From positions 21,111,764 through 21,166,450 of the forward strand of contig JBOZIK010000001.1 in NCBI GenBank assembly GCA_051453625.1: a DNA stretch of 54,687 nt, in the 5' to 3' direction. How positions within the stretch are numbered: the stretch's first letter is position 1; each line of letters begins with the position of its first letter. The translations under genes were made by a program, and so were the position numbers. The DNA comes from Welwitschia mirabilis. Lineage: Eukaryota. This document shows positions 1 to 12,200 of the stretch, in pieces. The notes under the pieces were generated by a model. That model was not told the origin of the DNA and searched no databases. It saw only the letters and a list, made by a program, of their open reading frames with translations.

Positions 1-339
1 GATAATTAACAGGATTGAAATTGAAACGTGAACTATTGCACAAATACACATCGCAACAGTTATCCAAATATTTAATATAAAGAAGGTAAATTCATGATAT
101 GAGATGTGATTGTTAACATGTAAAAATTGACATTTATATTAAGTGTTTTAGGCTAATTTATTATGAATGAAGATATTAATTTAATTATTTTAATCATAAA
201 ACATGTCTTCTATTATTTTTAAAACAAAATTTATTATTATGCTTTTCTTCATAATAATTGTAGATCTTGAGCTACGTTTTGAAATACATAATGAAAGACT
301 GATACAATTTCACATAAAACAAATAGTACCAATGGAAAC

Positions 340-465
340 ATGAGATGGTAACATGTAGTAATAGCATTGGAAGACATGTGGTACAAGCATGTGGAGGTGG
401 CATTGAAGACATGTGGTAATAGCACTAGTTAATAGAGGAATCTGATTCCAAAGGCCACATGTTCG
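340..465 (+). promoter_or_regulatory. Decayed G-box/ABRE-like (CACGTG) cluster in the family A LTR
   Basis: Repeated ACATGTGG/CCACATGT. One homologous site reads CATGTG in this LTR (~410) and CACATG in the partner LTR (~18639), implying ancestral CACGTG. Confidence 0.5.
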
Positions 466-477
466 ACCTATCATGAT

Positions 478-690
478 GAAGATTCTACCTTATGCTATAC
501 AATGATCTCCACTAAATGTTATAAAATAACCTCTAACAAATGCTAAATGATAAAGATTCTACCTAATACTAGAGGATATAATCCTATTTACCTAACACTA
601 TAAGATAACCTCTACTAAATGCTATAAGATAGAATCTTATCTATGTAATGCTAAATGACAAAGAATTACCTAGTGCTATAAGCCAAAGGA
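478..690 (+). repeat. Degenerate tandem repeat (~25-30 bp, core CCTAATGCTATAAGAT) in the family A LTR, upstream of a TATA-like motif
   Basis: About 8 degenerate copies. The same array occurs at ~18710-18910 and a shorter one at ~13275-13330. Confidence 0.7.
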
Positions 691-1318
691 TCTTTACCAC
701 TCCCCATACCCATGCTTATCTATAACAGGGCATTAACTCCTTTATTATATTCATTCCTCATTTAGAAAAAGCATGAAGCTCTATAGTGATAAGACATACT
801 GGCCTTCTGAGTAATTATTTAGGAAGTAAGTTTATTTCAAGGATCTTGAGGAGTTATTCATTCTTCCTTTATCTCTAATATAATGTGCCTTATTTCTAAT
901 TTAATAGTAAAGAGTTATTGCTTTTGATTATTAGTTTTAATTTACCTTATACTAGAAATGCTTAAGTAGCAATGCATTATCAAGTTTTACTTTAGTTGCC
1001 AAGTGAATTTGAATAGTTAATTGACTTATAGTCTTAATAGTTTCATGGATCTTATGCACTTTAATTCATAATCTCTAGTTTTATTATACTTCTATGGGAT
1101 TAGTAATTATCAAATTCATCAACACTTAAATCATGAATGCGATTATGTTACCATAACCCAAGCTTTTACAATTGATGGTCTAAAGTTTATTTTAAGTTAC
1201 TATTGCATATGACCAACTGAGGATTTGTAGGAAGATGAATTAGACATACTTGAAGTTTGCTTGCTTTCCATTTTTTCAATGAAGTTTCATAAAACCAATC
1301 TTAAATCCCTTTTCTTTT

Positions 1319-2936
1319 GATTGGTAAATTTAGTTTTGATGATTTTACTTATCAAATATTTTATATCTTTATGTAGATAGGTCATTGCAAAGAAAATTAG
1401 ATCATGATAACCGTAAGTTCATGTTGGATCTTCAAAGATAATATCTCATAAAATATCTCAGAATTTAAAATGAAAACTTCATGGTTTGAAGATTTCTATA
1501 GAATGGAAGGAATATATGGTGAAGATGTATAGACCTTGAAGATGTCTATAGTTAAGACGTCTATAGATTAAAGATGTTTATGATGTAGCAACTTTTAAGT
1601 CACAATTTAAAGACACCTATCTCATCAAAGATAACTATGACAAAAGTTGGACTTGACATTGATAAATAACATCTACATGTTTGAAGATGTTTTTGCTAAG
1701 CTAAAATTTGTAATAGAGTTATTTTGTACTTTGGCTAATATTCTATGTTTTAAGTAAGCTATCAACTTTTGCATCATGAATTCATAAACACAAAATATCA
1801 AGGATAATAAAAAGTAAGTTTCATTAATTTTTGGGCAAGTTCACTAAAGATGTTTACCAAGTGAAGGAATCTAAATATTAGTAGACATTTACAATTTTGA
1901 AGATGTTTTAGATTAAGATTCACATTAAATACAAATGAGGATATACACTTGATACCTAGACGTTCCTATCCATTGCATAGTGCTTACAACTATTTAAGTT
2001 TAAACAACTAATTTTCTCTTCAATACTATAAAAGGCACAACATAACGAAATAGATCTAAGTGATCAAGGAATAAAGTGATCATACTTCAAAGGAACACAA
2101 TGATTATATTTAATACATAATAAATAATGAACAAGTGATTAGAAATTTTCATGAAGAATCAAAGTTATTATTTACAAAGGAGCTCAGTGTATACATCATT
2201 TACTCTTAGATCCTACATTATTGCATCATTTGTTTGCACTCATGATGATAAAGAGAATAAGAAACTCAACTCTTCATCAAAGGTATATCATTCAGGCTTG
2301 TTATTATATTATATTTATTAGATATTACATTTTTGAACTATCTCTTTCTTGGATACTATTGCAAAGTCCGTTATTGTATCATCCAACTTATTGTAAGGCA
2401 ATCCTTATATGGATTTGCATTAAGGTTATGCTTATGAGTACTTGCATTATTGTATTTCCTTAAGGAGAAGAATTTTAAACCTTATGAGGATCATTTTACA
2501 TTACTATTGTATTTTTCTAAGGAAAAGAAAGTGTTGCTTTACAAGAGACTCTTACTTTGTTGTAAGGTTGGTGATGAGTCAAAACCACTATTTCCTTAAG
2601 GGGAAGAGTTTACTATCTTGTAAGAAGCATCTCACTTTGTGGTTGTACTTGTGTGCATATTTTATTGATTTCCCTAATGGGAAGAGAGTGCTATCTTATG
2701 AGGAGTCTCTTATTATTATAAGATTAGTGGAAATCCAAAACTATTATTTCCTGCAGATCAAGAATATCCATAGGTATGAAAAGAAGCTACCCTCTATGTG
2801 TGGACGTATTTAGGTTGGGGAATTACATTATTTCAGTAAGGTACTTATTTTACTATGTTTTTAAATTTTATTATTGGTAAAAATTTTTATTTAATATAAT
2901 TCATTCATCACTTTCCTCTGAGTTCAATAATCCTCA
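1319..2936 (+). repeat. 5' LTR of the SIRE-like Copia
   Basis: Direct repeat of 7501-9054 (TAAATTTAGTTTTGATGATTTTACTTATCAAATATTTTATATC...). Ends CCTCA just before the PBS. Confidence 0.92.
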
Positions 2937-2938
2937 AG

Positions 2939-2949
2939 TGGTATCAGAG
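2939..2949 (+). promoter_or_regulatory. Primer binding site (tRNA-iMet)
   Basis: TGGTATCAGAG two bases after the LTR end. Confidence 0.93.
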
Positions 2950-2989
2950 TGAGTACTCATAAAAAGAAGTAAAATCATTAAATGAATAA

Positions 2990-5450
2990 TGGAATGGATG
3001 CTATCTATTAGATCTCAAATCTTTAATGGGATAAATTATGCCTATTAAAAGATGGATGTGGATGTACTTATAATATTTTAAGTTTTAGGTATGGGAGAGC
3101 ATAGAGAAAGATATGCATATCCTATAAAAACCATAAAAAATGCTGTAGGTAATACAATAACTCAAGTAAAGTAATATATGCATATCCTATAAAAACCATA
3201 ATAGATACTGTAGGTAACACAATAACTCAAGTAAAGTAAAGAAATAATTGGGAAAAAAAATATAAGATGGAATTCATGTATGATTATAAAACGAAAAATT
3301 CAGTTTATTTAGTTGTAATAATAGAGGAGTTCAATAGAATAATAGGTTGCAAGATCACATAAGAAATTTGAAAAAGTTCTAATTCAAAGATATGAAGGTA
3401 CTTCTATTGTGAAACTATCAAAGCTTCTTATATGGATGAACTCATTCAAAAATCTTAAAATGAACAATGGAGAGAGAGTTAAAAGTACTTTACAAGAGTC
3501 TCCAATATTGTAAACACAATCTATGGCATTGAAAAAAGTCTTTCAGAGGATAAGTTAATACAAAAAGTTATTAGATATCTAACCCTTAAATATAGGACCA
3601 AGAATATAGCTATAGAAGAGTTAAGAGATTTTAAATCTATGAATATAGAAGAGCTACAAATCACTCTAACAACATATAAAATGAATCTTATACAAAATGG
3701 TGCATTAGAAGAAAAATTCATTTCTCTTAATGCAAGTGAAAGCAAGAAATAGAGTTCAAAAGAAAAGTAAAAGAAAGAACAAGAAGAAGATGACTCTAAT
3801 GATGAAATAAATTAAGAACTTTCTCTTATTATAAAAATAGTTAAAAACTTTTTTCACACAACCACAACAAAAGGAAGGACTTCAAAAATAATCCAGATTT
3901 TAGGCTAACAATAAGTTTAAAGGCAAGTCTTCATGTGGAGGAAAAGGACATACAACCTCTGAATGTCATAGTATTAATAAAATATAGGAAAAGAAACAAA
4001 AGAAAGAGCTAAATTAATATTTCTTCATAGGATGGAATGATGAAGAAGAAGTAATAAAAGAAGAAACATCTAACAATGAGAAAGCTCATTCTTCCTACAT
4101 GGCTATTATACATTTTGAAGAAGAAAATGATGAAAAGAAGAAGAGTTAAAAAAAAAAAAGTGAAGATGATACACATATGGATCTTTAAGAAAGGTATGAT
4201 CTAATTTTTGAAGAGGTTGTTATATTACAAAAGGTATGTACTAAGATGAAGAAATTACTTCATACTCATGAAGAAGCTTATGAATAAAAAAATATTTCTT
4301 ATAGTAAATTATGCTCTGAAAGCTTACCTCTTAAAGTTAAAATCAATAGAATAACATGTGATTTAAAGAATGTAAGTTAGGAACTCTTAGACTCAAAGAA
4401 AATTAATGTGAAATTTACCCAAAGGAGACATTAAGTATCATGCTTGGGTAATGTAGAAGTTCAAATGACAAAAGTGGCTTGAGACACAATGAAGCATCAA
4501 CTAGTAATTTATCCTCTTTATTTAAAAAATGGAATTGTAAATGAAGGTATGAACATTTAATATTTACAAATTACATTATTTGCTATTATTATCATAGTAA
4601 AGATGATTATCAATATAATTTCCCAATGAAATTTAAAAACAAATATTATACTAATAATGCCAAGAAGCCTAGTAAAATGGTACAATGTTTTATGTAGGAT
4701 AAACCAAGAAAAGTATAGGTATCAAAGGTAAAGCCAGTGATTTTATCACAAATTGCACTTAGAGTAGTGACAGAGCATACTTGGTACATTAACAGTGGAT
4801 GCTCAAGGCACATAAATAAAGATTAAATCAACTTTACTACATTTATGGAATAAGATAAAGGAAGTATAACCTATAGAGATAACATAGAAGCACTGATCAA
4901 AGGTATTGGTACTACTAGAGGAGGTAATCTACAAAAGGTAAAAAATGTATTTTTTTTAGAAGGTTTGCAACATAAGCTTTTAAGTGTAAGTCAACTATGT
5001 AATGTATATTTTTCCATTACATTTAGAAAAGATGATTATATTATTAGAGACAAAATTCTACTAAAGTTTTATTTGATGATGTGAGAAATTTAAATGCATA
5101 TATTACTATTTTATAAAATATTTCTAATGATGAAACCAACTGTTTATTAAGAAAAACAGGAGAACCAGAGCTTTGGTATAAAAAATCTAGATATGAAAAC
5201 AAGGACTTGTTTAAATTCTCTTCTATAAGACAAAAGGTTAGAGGACTTTTCAAGTTAAAAATAACTGATAGTCAAATTTTTAAAACATCAAAAAGGAAAG
5301 CAAACAAGAAAAGTCTTAGAAAGAAAAGGATTTAATACAATACGAAAAGCATAACAAAGACATCATGATACAATATACTGATGATCTACTTGGTAATGCA
5401 TTTATAAAATCTATAGGTACTAAAAGATAAGTTTTGTAGTAACTTAGGAT
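2990..5450 (+). pseudogene. Copia gag-pol pseudogene: gag, zinc knuckle, protease and GAG-pre-integrase joined to an RNase H C-terminus; INT core and RT deleted
   Basis: Manual translation gives FNGINYAY* (~3018), YEGTSIVKLSKL (~3391), SCGGKGHTTSEC (~3931), WYINSGCSRHI (~4782), EGLQHKLLSVSQLC (~4959), QKGKQTR (~5288), then TDDLLGNAFIKS (~5377), resembling the QLADIFTKPL end of RNase H. Many stops and frameshifts. Confidence 0.85.
3113..3240 (+). repeat. ~65-bp tandem duplication inside Copia gag
   Basis: ATGCATATCCTATAAAAACCATAA...CAATAACTCAAGTAAAGTAA occurs twice in succession. Confidence 0.9.
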
Positions 5451-5999
5451 TGGGCCTTACCAAATTAGTTTTACAGACATCTATTAGAAAGATGTTTTTA
5501 TATTTATAAACATCTCAGAAGTAGATGTCTTAACTTTTGCAAACATATTTAAAGGTTAGGTACACTTTTTAAATTTTTCAAATTAGATATCTTTAATTAG
5601 AAAGACATCTTAACAGTGGAAAAATGTATTAAAATTTTTTTATAGAAGATGTTTTTCACTTTGTAGATGTCTACCTTTTGTGTTTTAAATGTCTTTCAGC
5701 AAGTAGATATCTTGATTGTACTATTGTAGAAATTAAAACATGCTAAAAAAGCCTATGCTTTTAACCCTTTTTATTTGGAAAAGAGGCCACCAAATCTCAT
5801 TTTCAAGCCTTTGCTTAATAGGTATCTCTCTTAAAGGATTTCTTAGGCTTGATTTTCTGAGATTTCACTGGAAAGACATATTATTTTTATGATACATCTT
5901 CACAGTAAGCAAAAATAGGGTTATTGTTCACACAAGTGCATCTTTTCCATTATTTCTTCACATTTCATTTGATTTTTTGGTTTAGATTTTCCATATATA

Positions 6000-6900
6000 T
6001 TATAAAATCGTTAGAAAGAAAGTCAGTTATTACTTCTAAAGGGAAAGAACAAGATTCAAAAACTTAAAGATTATAGTATAAGCCTCAGTTTTATCATAAG
6101 GAAGTAACCAAAAGATATATAACTTAGATAAGAAATTATGTTATTACAAGGAAAAAACTTGGATTTCAGAAATAGTGTAAAGATTAGCTTGTGACTTACT
6201 TCACTCATCTTAGTTGGGAAATAATTATTCAGTTAGAGTAAAGTATACTTGATCTAATAGTAAGGGAGTTCTATGCCAACATCCACAAGATATATGACAA
6301 CATAGGTGCTTTTAAATCTCAGGTTTAGGGGGAGATCCGAGCTTCCATAGAGGAATAGGTGCAAGGAGAGCATCAAGCTTCAGACCATTATAATAGAGGT
6401 AGTAGTAGGAGATAGATTTAGAAAGCTTAGATGTACAACCTCTCATCTTATTTCATCCATGTCCAAGATAATATCTCATTGTTCTTCTTGACCATCTTTA
6501 CCTCTTAGACCCTCTTTGCTATAACACTCACCATATCTACCTCCATCGTGTATATGATTACCACAATCTTACATAGAGCCTCCACATGTTCCATCAATTG
6601 CCATCATTACATTACCATCATTCTTTGTAGAAACTACCACAACCAGCTTCTTTGGGAAATTTACTTATCAAATATATTTATGTTTCAAAAGATAGACATA
6701 CTAGGACCTAGGTAATATCTCTTATCATCTTTGTAGAAAGCACCATACTCCATCACCCACATCCTACTCATCTTCTATCTTACAGACTTTCATTACTTGT
6801 GATAGTGATGATAACAGTAATGAAGAAGATGAAGGCATAAATTACACTAGTGACTCTACTTTCAACAATTAGATCCTTTTCTCTACTATCCAAAAATGGG
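6000..6900 (+). pseudogene. env-like / extra ORF remnant of the Sirevirus
   Basis: LIVREFYANIH at ~6254-6286, Pro/Ser/Thr-rich and acidic stretches, located between pol and the PPT. Boundaries approximate. Confidence 0.65.
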
Positions 6901-7486
6901 TGAGAACTTTAGGCAAATCAATAAAGAAGTAGTAACAAATCAATTGTATTCAGTTGGTTACATTACCCTTTAGCATGAGAACATCCTATTGGGCACAAAG
7001 TACTTGACTTTGAGATGATGGATTGAATCCTTGAGTGATATCATTATTCATTAATGCTCATTCTTATTGTTTGACATACATTGTCATATCTTGTTATTTA
7101 TATTATTGTTATTATTTAACATATTGCATTAGCACACCTTGTTATTATCTTTTCTATTAGCACACTTTCATGTTTTAATATTATGTCTTTCATAATATTA
7201 TCTCTTTTTCGCACATTTCTAAAATAATGTGCTTTGAGTTTTATCAGTAGCATCTTACCATGGGTACATTTCTTATGATTAATTATAAAATAAATTGAAT
7301 GGTATTATCAAATGTTTTTATGCCTTTGTTAATCTTTACATGGTTATTCAAATGATTAAAATCATGATTTATTAAATACTATTACAAAATATGCTTATAT
7401 GCTTTTCTACTCTAAATATGAATATCAAAGTTTAGTTGATTAAATGAGATTACACTAATAAGATTTGCTAAGTTTTAAACATCATC

Positions 7487-7500
7487 AAAAAGGGGGAGAT
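7487..7500 (+). promoter_or_regulatory. Polypurine tract of the SIRE-like Copia
   Basis: AAAAAGGGGGAGAT immediately before the 3' LTR, typical of Sireviruses. Confidence 0.9.
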
Positions 7501-9054
7501 TATTGATAAATTTAGTTTTGATGATTTTACTTATCAAATATTTTATATCTTTATGTAGATAGGTCATTGTAAAGAAAATAAGATCATGATAAGCATAAGC
7601 CCATGTTGGATATTTAAATACAATATCTTACAAAAAAGCTAAAAAATTTAAATGTAAAAGTAGTTGTTTAAAGATGTATATGGAAAGATGTCTAGATCTT
7701 GAAGACATCTATGATGAAGGAATCTATAGATTAAAGACATTTATAAGATACCAACTTGTAAGTCACACATTAAAGAAGACTATGTTCTCAAACAAGACTA
7801 TATTGAAAGTTGGACCTAATACTGATGAAAGACATCTATATGTTTGAAGATGTATTTACTAAACTAAAATAGGTATAGAAGTATTTTTTAAATTGACTAA
7901 TATTTTATGTTTTAGGTAATCTATCAACTTTTTCATTGTGGAATCATGATCATGAAGAACTAAATATAATATAAATCAAGTTTTATTAATTTTTTAGGAA
8001 AGTTCACTAAAGATGTATATCAAGTGAAGATTTTTAACTATTAGTAGATATTTATAATTTTAAAAACATCTTGGATCAACATTTACATCAAATAAAAATA
8101 AAGATATGCAACCGATACCTAGATGCTTTTATCTATTGGCTACTATTTGAGGTCAAACAACTAGTTTTCTCTTCAATGGTACAAAGGCATGATGTGACTA
8201 AACAGATCTAAGTGATTAAGAAATAAAACAATCATACTTCAAAGGAATATAATGATCAAATCAAATACATAATAAAGAATGCATGGATGATTAGAACTTC
8301 TCATGAATAATTAAAGCTATTGTTTATAAAGGAGCTTATAATGTCTACATCATTTATTCTTATATCCTACATCATATTATTTACACTCATGATAACAATG
8401 ATAACAAGAAACTCAACTCTTCATCAAATCTATATCATTCAGAATTGTTATTGTATTGTATTTATTGGATCTTACATTATTAGATTATCTCATTCTTGAA
8501 CACTATTGTAGAATCCATTATTGTATCATCAAAGTCATTATAAGGCAATCCTTATATGAGTGTGCATTGGGGTTATGACTATGAGCACTTGTATTACTCT
8601 TAAGGGAAAGCGTTTACTACCTTATAAGGAGGATCTTACATTGTTATTGCGTTTCACTAGATGTCTTACAAGGATACCCTCACTTTATTGTAATATTGGT
8701 GGTGAGGTAAAACCACTGTTTCCCTAAGGAGAAGAGTATTATTCCTTGTGAGGATCATCTTAATTTATGGTTATGCCTATGTGCATATTTCCTGATGATA
8801 AGAGAGTGCTAACTTTTGAGGAGACTCTCATTATTATAAGATTGGTGATGATCCAGAACCATTATTTCTTGTAAGTTAAGAATATCTAAAGGTATGAGAG
8901 GAATCTACACTTTGTGTCTAGACATATCTAGGTTGGGGAACCACATTATTTTAGTAATATGTTTATTTTACTATGTTTTTAAATTCTATTATTGGTTAAA
9001 ATTTTTATTTGATAGAACTTGTTCATCCCTCCCCTCTGAGTTCCATTGTCCTGA
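7501..9054 (+). repeat. 3' LTR of the SIRE-like Copia
   Basis: Direct repeat of 1319-2936, with many transition differences. Confidence 0.92.
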
Positions 9055-9206
9055 CTTTCCCTTTTCTTTTTATTTCTTTTTGTAACTTGTAAGTTAGTAA
9101 GAGTTAGTACAATTTTTATTTAGTTAACCCCAATTATCCTTGTAGAAGAAAGATAACTAAGTTTTTAACTTAGTTTTAAATATGAGGCACTATGAACTAT
9201 GATATA

Positions 9207-9225
9207 TTTTGATATTATTATTGGG
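9207..9225 (+). promoter_or_regulatory. Decayed tRNA-Asp primer binding site (Athila type)
   Basis: TTTTGATATTATTATTGGG differs from TTTTGGCGCCGTTGCCGGG only by C>T/G>A changes and lies right after the LTR. Confidence 0.75.
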
Positions 9226-12200
9226 TATAATGATGTGATAGTAGCTTAGAAGAGTACTCCTTTCTTCTTGTGAGTTTTTATAAATGGTTTTATCTTTCTA
9301 GTGCTGGATACTAGTACTCCTCCTAGTGGTATCCAAACTAGTTCATTTTCTTTTTCTTTTGTGTATTTGTTTATTTTTCTTTCTAATGTTGGTATTGGTC
9401 ATTTCTAGTTGCTTTAACTTGATTTCATTATAGGGATAACAGTGTTTTTGTAGATTACAACCAAGAAGTAAAGAAAATAAAAATTAACTTATTTTATGTG
9501 AATTTTTATTTTCTACATTTTGGTTCTAAATTTTTGTGCTAGCTTACTAATATAAATACTAAAAATGTAAAAATGTTTAGTTAATTTTTATTAAGAGAAA
9601 ATTAATTTGCATCATCATTTTTATTTTTATTTTGGTTTTTTGTATACTCATAACATCATTTTTTTTTGAAAAGTGTGAAAACGCTTAGAATTTTTTTGTA
9701 ACTATAATTCTCATCTAAACTAGTGCTGCTGCCTTCCTTGACTAATACTGCTAGCTGTTTTACATAAAAACCTCTCATTCTTTACAGGAGCCCTTTTCTC
9801 AAATCTCTAAAATATTTCTAGTAATGGGCTCCTCTAAAAACTTAATAATTTCGAAAAATTTAAACTCTTAATTAATTTTGTAATTTGTTTTTTGAAATTT
9901 TAACATGAGTTATGCATATAATTCATTTAAAACACCTTTTGAACTCCAATTTACTTATGAAAGTAGTGATTATATTTAGCCCAAGAAAACCTTAAGGAAC
10001 TTCGTCCAACACAACTATTACAAACCTTACCATTTATTACATGCATTTAAGTAATGCCCTTCACATGTCAATCAAATTCCTTATCCTAAATTTGAAGAAT
10101 CTTCTTTTTAACAAGAATTTGATCCATGCCTATTACACCTCATAACCCTTATACTTCATTATTTAATCCTTATCCCCACTGTCTTTCATTCATTAATAAC
10201 CTTCATCCACCCCATTTGAGAAGAAAGTAAAAGATTTCATGAATGCTTAAAGCCAAATTGACCAAGATCATGAAAGAATTTTTGAATAATCCTTCTATTT
10301 CCTAAGTAATCTTGAGCATAGTTTTCAAATTCAAATCTAAACCCTCTAATAAGTCACCAGACTAATGCTCAAATCATGTAAACCCTAAACCAAAAAAAAG
10401 AAGATATTTCTCTAATCTACAAATCTAAAAGCCTTGAAAATTTCAAAAGGATTAAGGATAATGAAATTAATGATACTCAAGCCACATATATTAGGAATAA
10501 TAAAGAAAAGAGCAAAGAAATCCATGGAGATCTTGAATTTAAGGACACATTAGTAAAGGATCAATTATTTATGAGTAATTTATACTTTAGAATAGGGTTA
10601 AACACATTAGAGCATTATTCAAAAGATGAATAACCATATGAGAAAAGTTATACCTTAGAGAGTTGCATAAAAAGGAATAAGTCATTAAGCAATATTAATA
10701 AAGACATTATTGAAATAAAACCATTATCACTTAAGCAACTGCATAAGGAAGAATTCCATAGTAATCTTAATAAGGAAAAAAACATTAAACTCAATCCATC
10801 CTATGAGAATTCCTCTCAACAACTTAATGATCCAATCATTTCATACTTACCTTTATCTAAGTAAGACCCAATCCTTAAATAAGAAGATAAATTTTTATAT
10901 AATTAGAACCAACTTTTAAAGACCGTAATTCTTCCAATAAATACTTACCTTATCAAGTAAGTTCTAGCTGGTTTTTATCTTCTTCCTAAAATAATATCTT
11001 GTAAGAGTTATTGAATAAACATAAACAAGCTAAGCAGTGTACTGCTACTGACTTTAAATGCATAAATATTTTCCCTCATAATAATGTTCTTTTTAAATTC
11101 ATAAACTCTTGCATAAAAATTTAATTGGATTTCCTCCTAGTTCAAAATACTTTGTAATGTTTTAAATCATCTGATAGTTTTTTTCACACTCTTAAGCCTC
11201 CATGGATATATCACCTTAGTGAATTTTGAGAGAGTTTTATTTTAGGATAGATTTCTATTTTAGGTTAGCTTTTATTTGGAACAAAAAAAACCTAAAACAT
11301 GTGTTCTTGAGGGTATTTCTTGTCTAAAACTTTACATTTCCATTTGTATGATCATTGCCTTAAAATATTTTACCTAGGAATTTCCCAATTTTATCCCCTG
11401 AAGTCTCTCCACCTATCCCTTTTACTTTCTAATAACTTTAGCAAATCAACCAACCACTCATTACAACCATTAATATATGAATTTTTGAGGCTTATAAACT
11501 CAAGTTGATGGCCTTAAACCAAAAAAATAATAATAAAGTAATCTCCTTGTCAGTTACGTAACTATTGCGATTAAGTTCACTTATGGATTTTTAAGGAATG
11601 CTTACTTTAAGTGTGATGGTTAAGAGCACGTTGACTTAAGGTTTACAATTTTGGTAAAACTTGGTTGAAAAGGTGGGATCTACCTTCATATATATTCCTT
11701 AAGTTTAAAGCTTTTATGGGGATAATATTTATCTTGATTAGGCTAATGAACCAATGATCCCTTTAAATGTGCATAAAAATTGAACATGAGAAGATGAATA
11801 AAAGAAAAATTACTATCTTTTCTTCAAATGCATATATCATTAATCATTTAATTAAGTAAAGTTAATTGCATTAGAGCTTTGGATGCTCATTGGCAACACA
11901 AACCTAACGATCTATTTTATGAGATAATAAACTACAATGGGACTATAAATTCTTGCTAGTAATGCAACACTTATTTCTGCATAAAATAACATGCTTAACT
12001 CTATTAGAAGAAAACTTAAGAACATTGGATGCTCAATGTGATTTAAGGAATTAAACTAAATATATATTCATAGTAGAAATAGAAAATAAAGGAATTAAAA
12101 AAGGATGCAAATTAAAATATTATTGTGTTTTATTATCTTTTAAATTTCATATTTAGGATTTGTTGTAATTTCTTGAATTCGTATAAGTTACTTAGTTAAA

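Larger units (their letters stand above)
1319..9054 (+). mobile_element. Ty1/Copia LTR retrotransposon, Sirevirus (SIRE/Maximus) type, internally deleted and degenerate
   Basis: Paired ~1.6 kb LTRs, tRNA-iMet PBS, PPT AAAAAGGGGGAGAT, gag/protease remnants, env-like remnant, and candidate TSD CTTTT (1314-1318) / CTTTC (9055-9059). Confidence 0.9.
111..9204 (+). mobile_element. 5' LTR of an Athila-like Ty3/Gypsy element (family A), split by a Copia insertion (LTR parts 111-1318 and 9055-9204)
   Basis: Starts TGTTAACATG and aligns colinearly with the LTR at 18353-20208. The homology breaks at 1318 and resumes at 9055. It is followed by a decayed tRNA-Asp PBS. Confidence 0.85.

Noticed and set aside
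478..690. Short spaced repeats as a CRISPR-like array (also 16570-16705)
   Set aside because: The units are degenerate tandem repeats without unique spacers, there are no cas genes, and the context is a eukaryotic LTR.
2221..2813. Track ORFs of 80 and 123 aa
   Set aside because: They lie inside the Copia LTR, have no recognisable domain, and no equivalent ORFs are reported in the 3' LTR copy.
3521..5253. Minus-strand track ORFs 3521-3745 and 5044-5253
   Set aside because: Antisense shadows of the Copia gag-pol.
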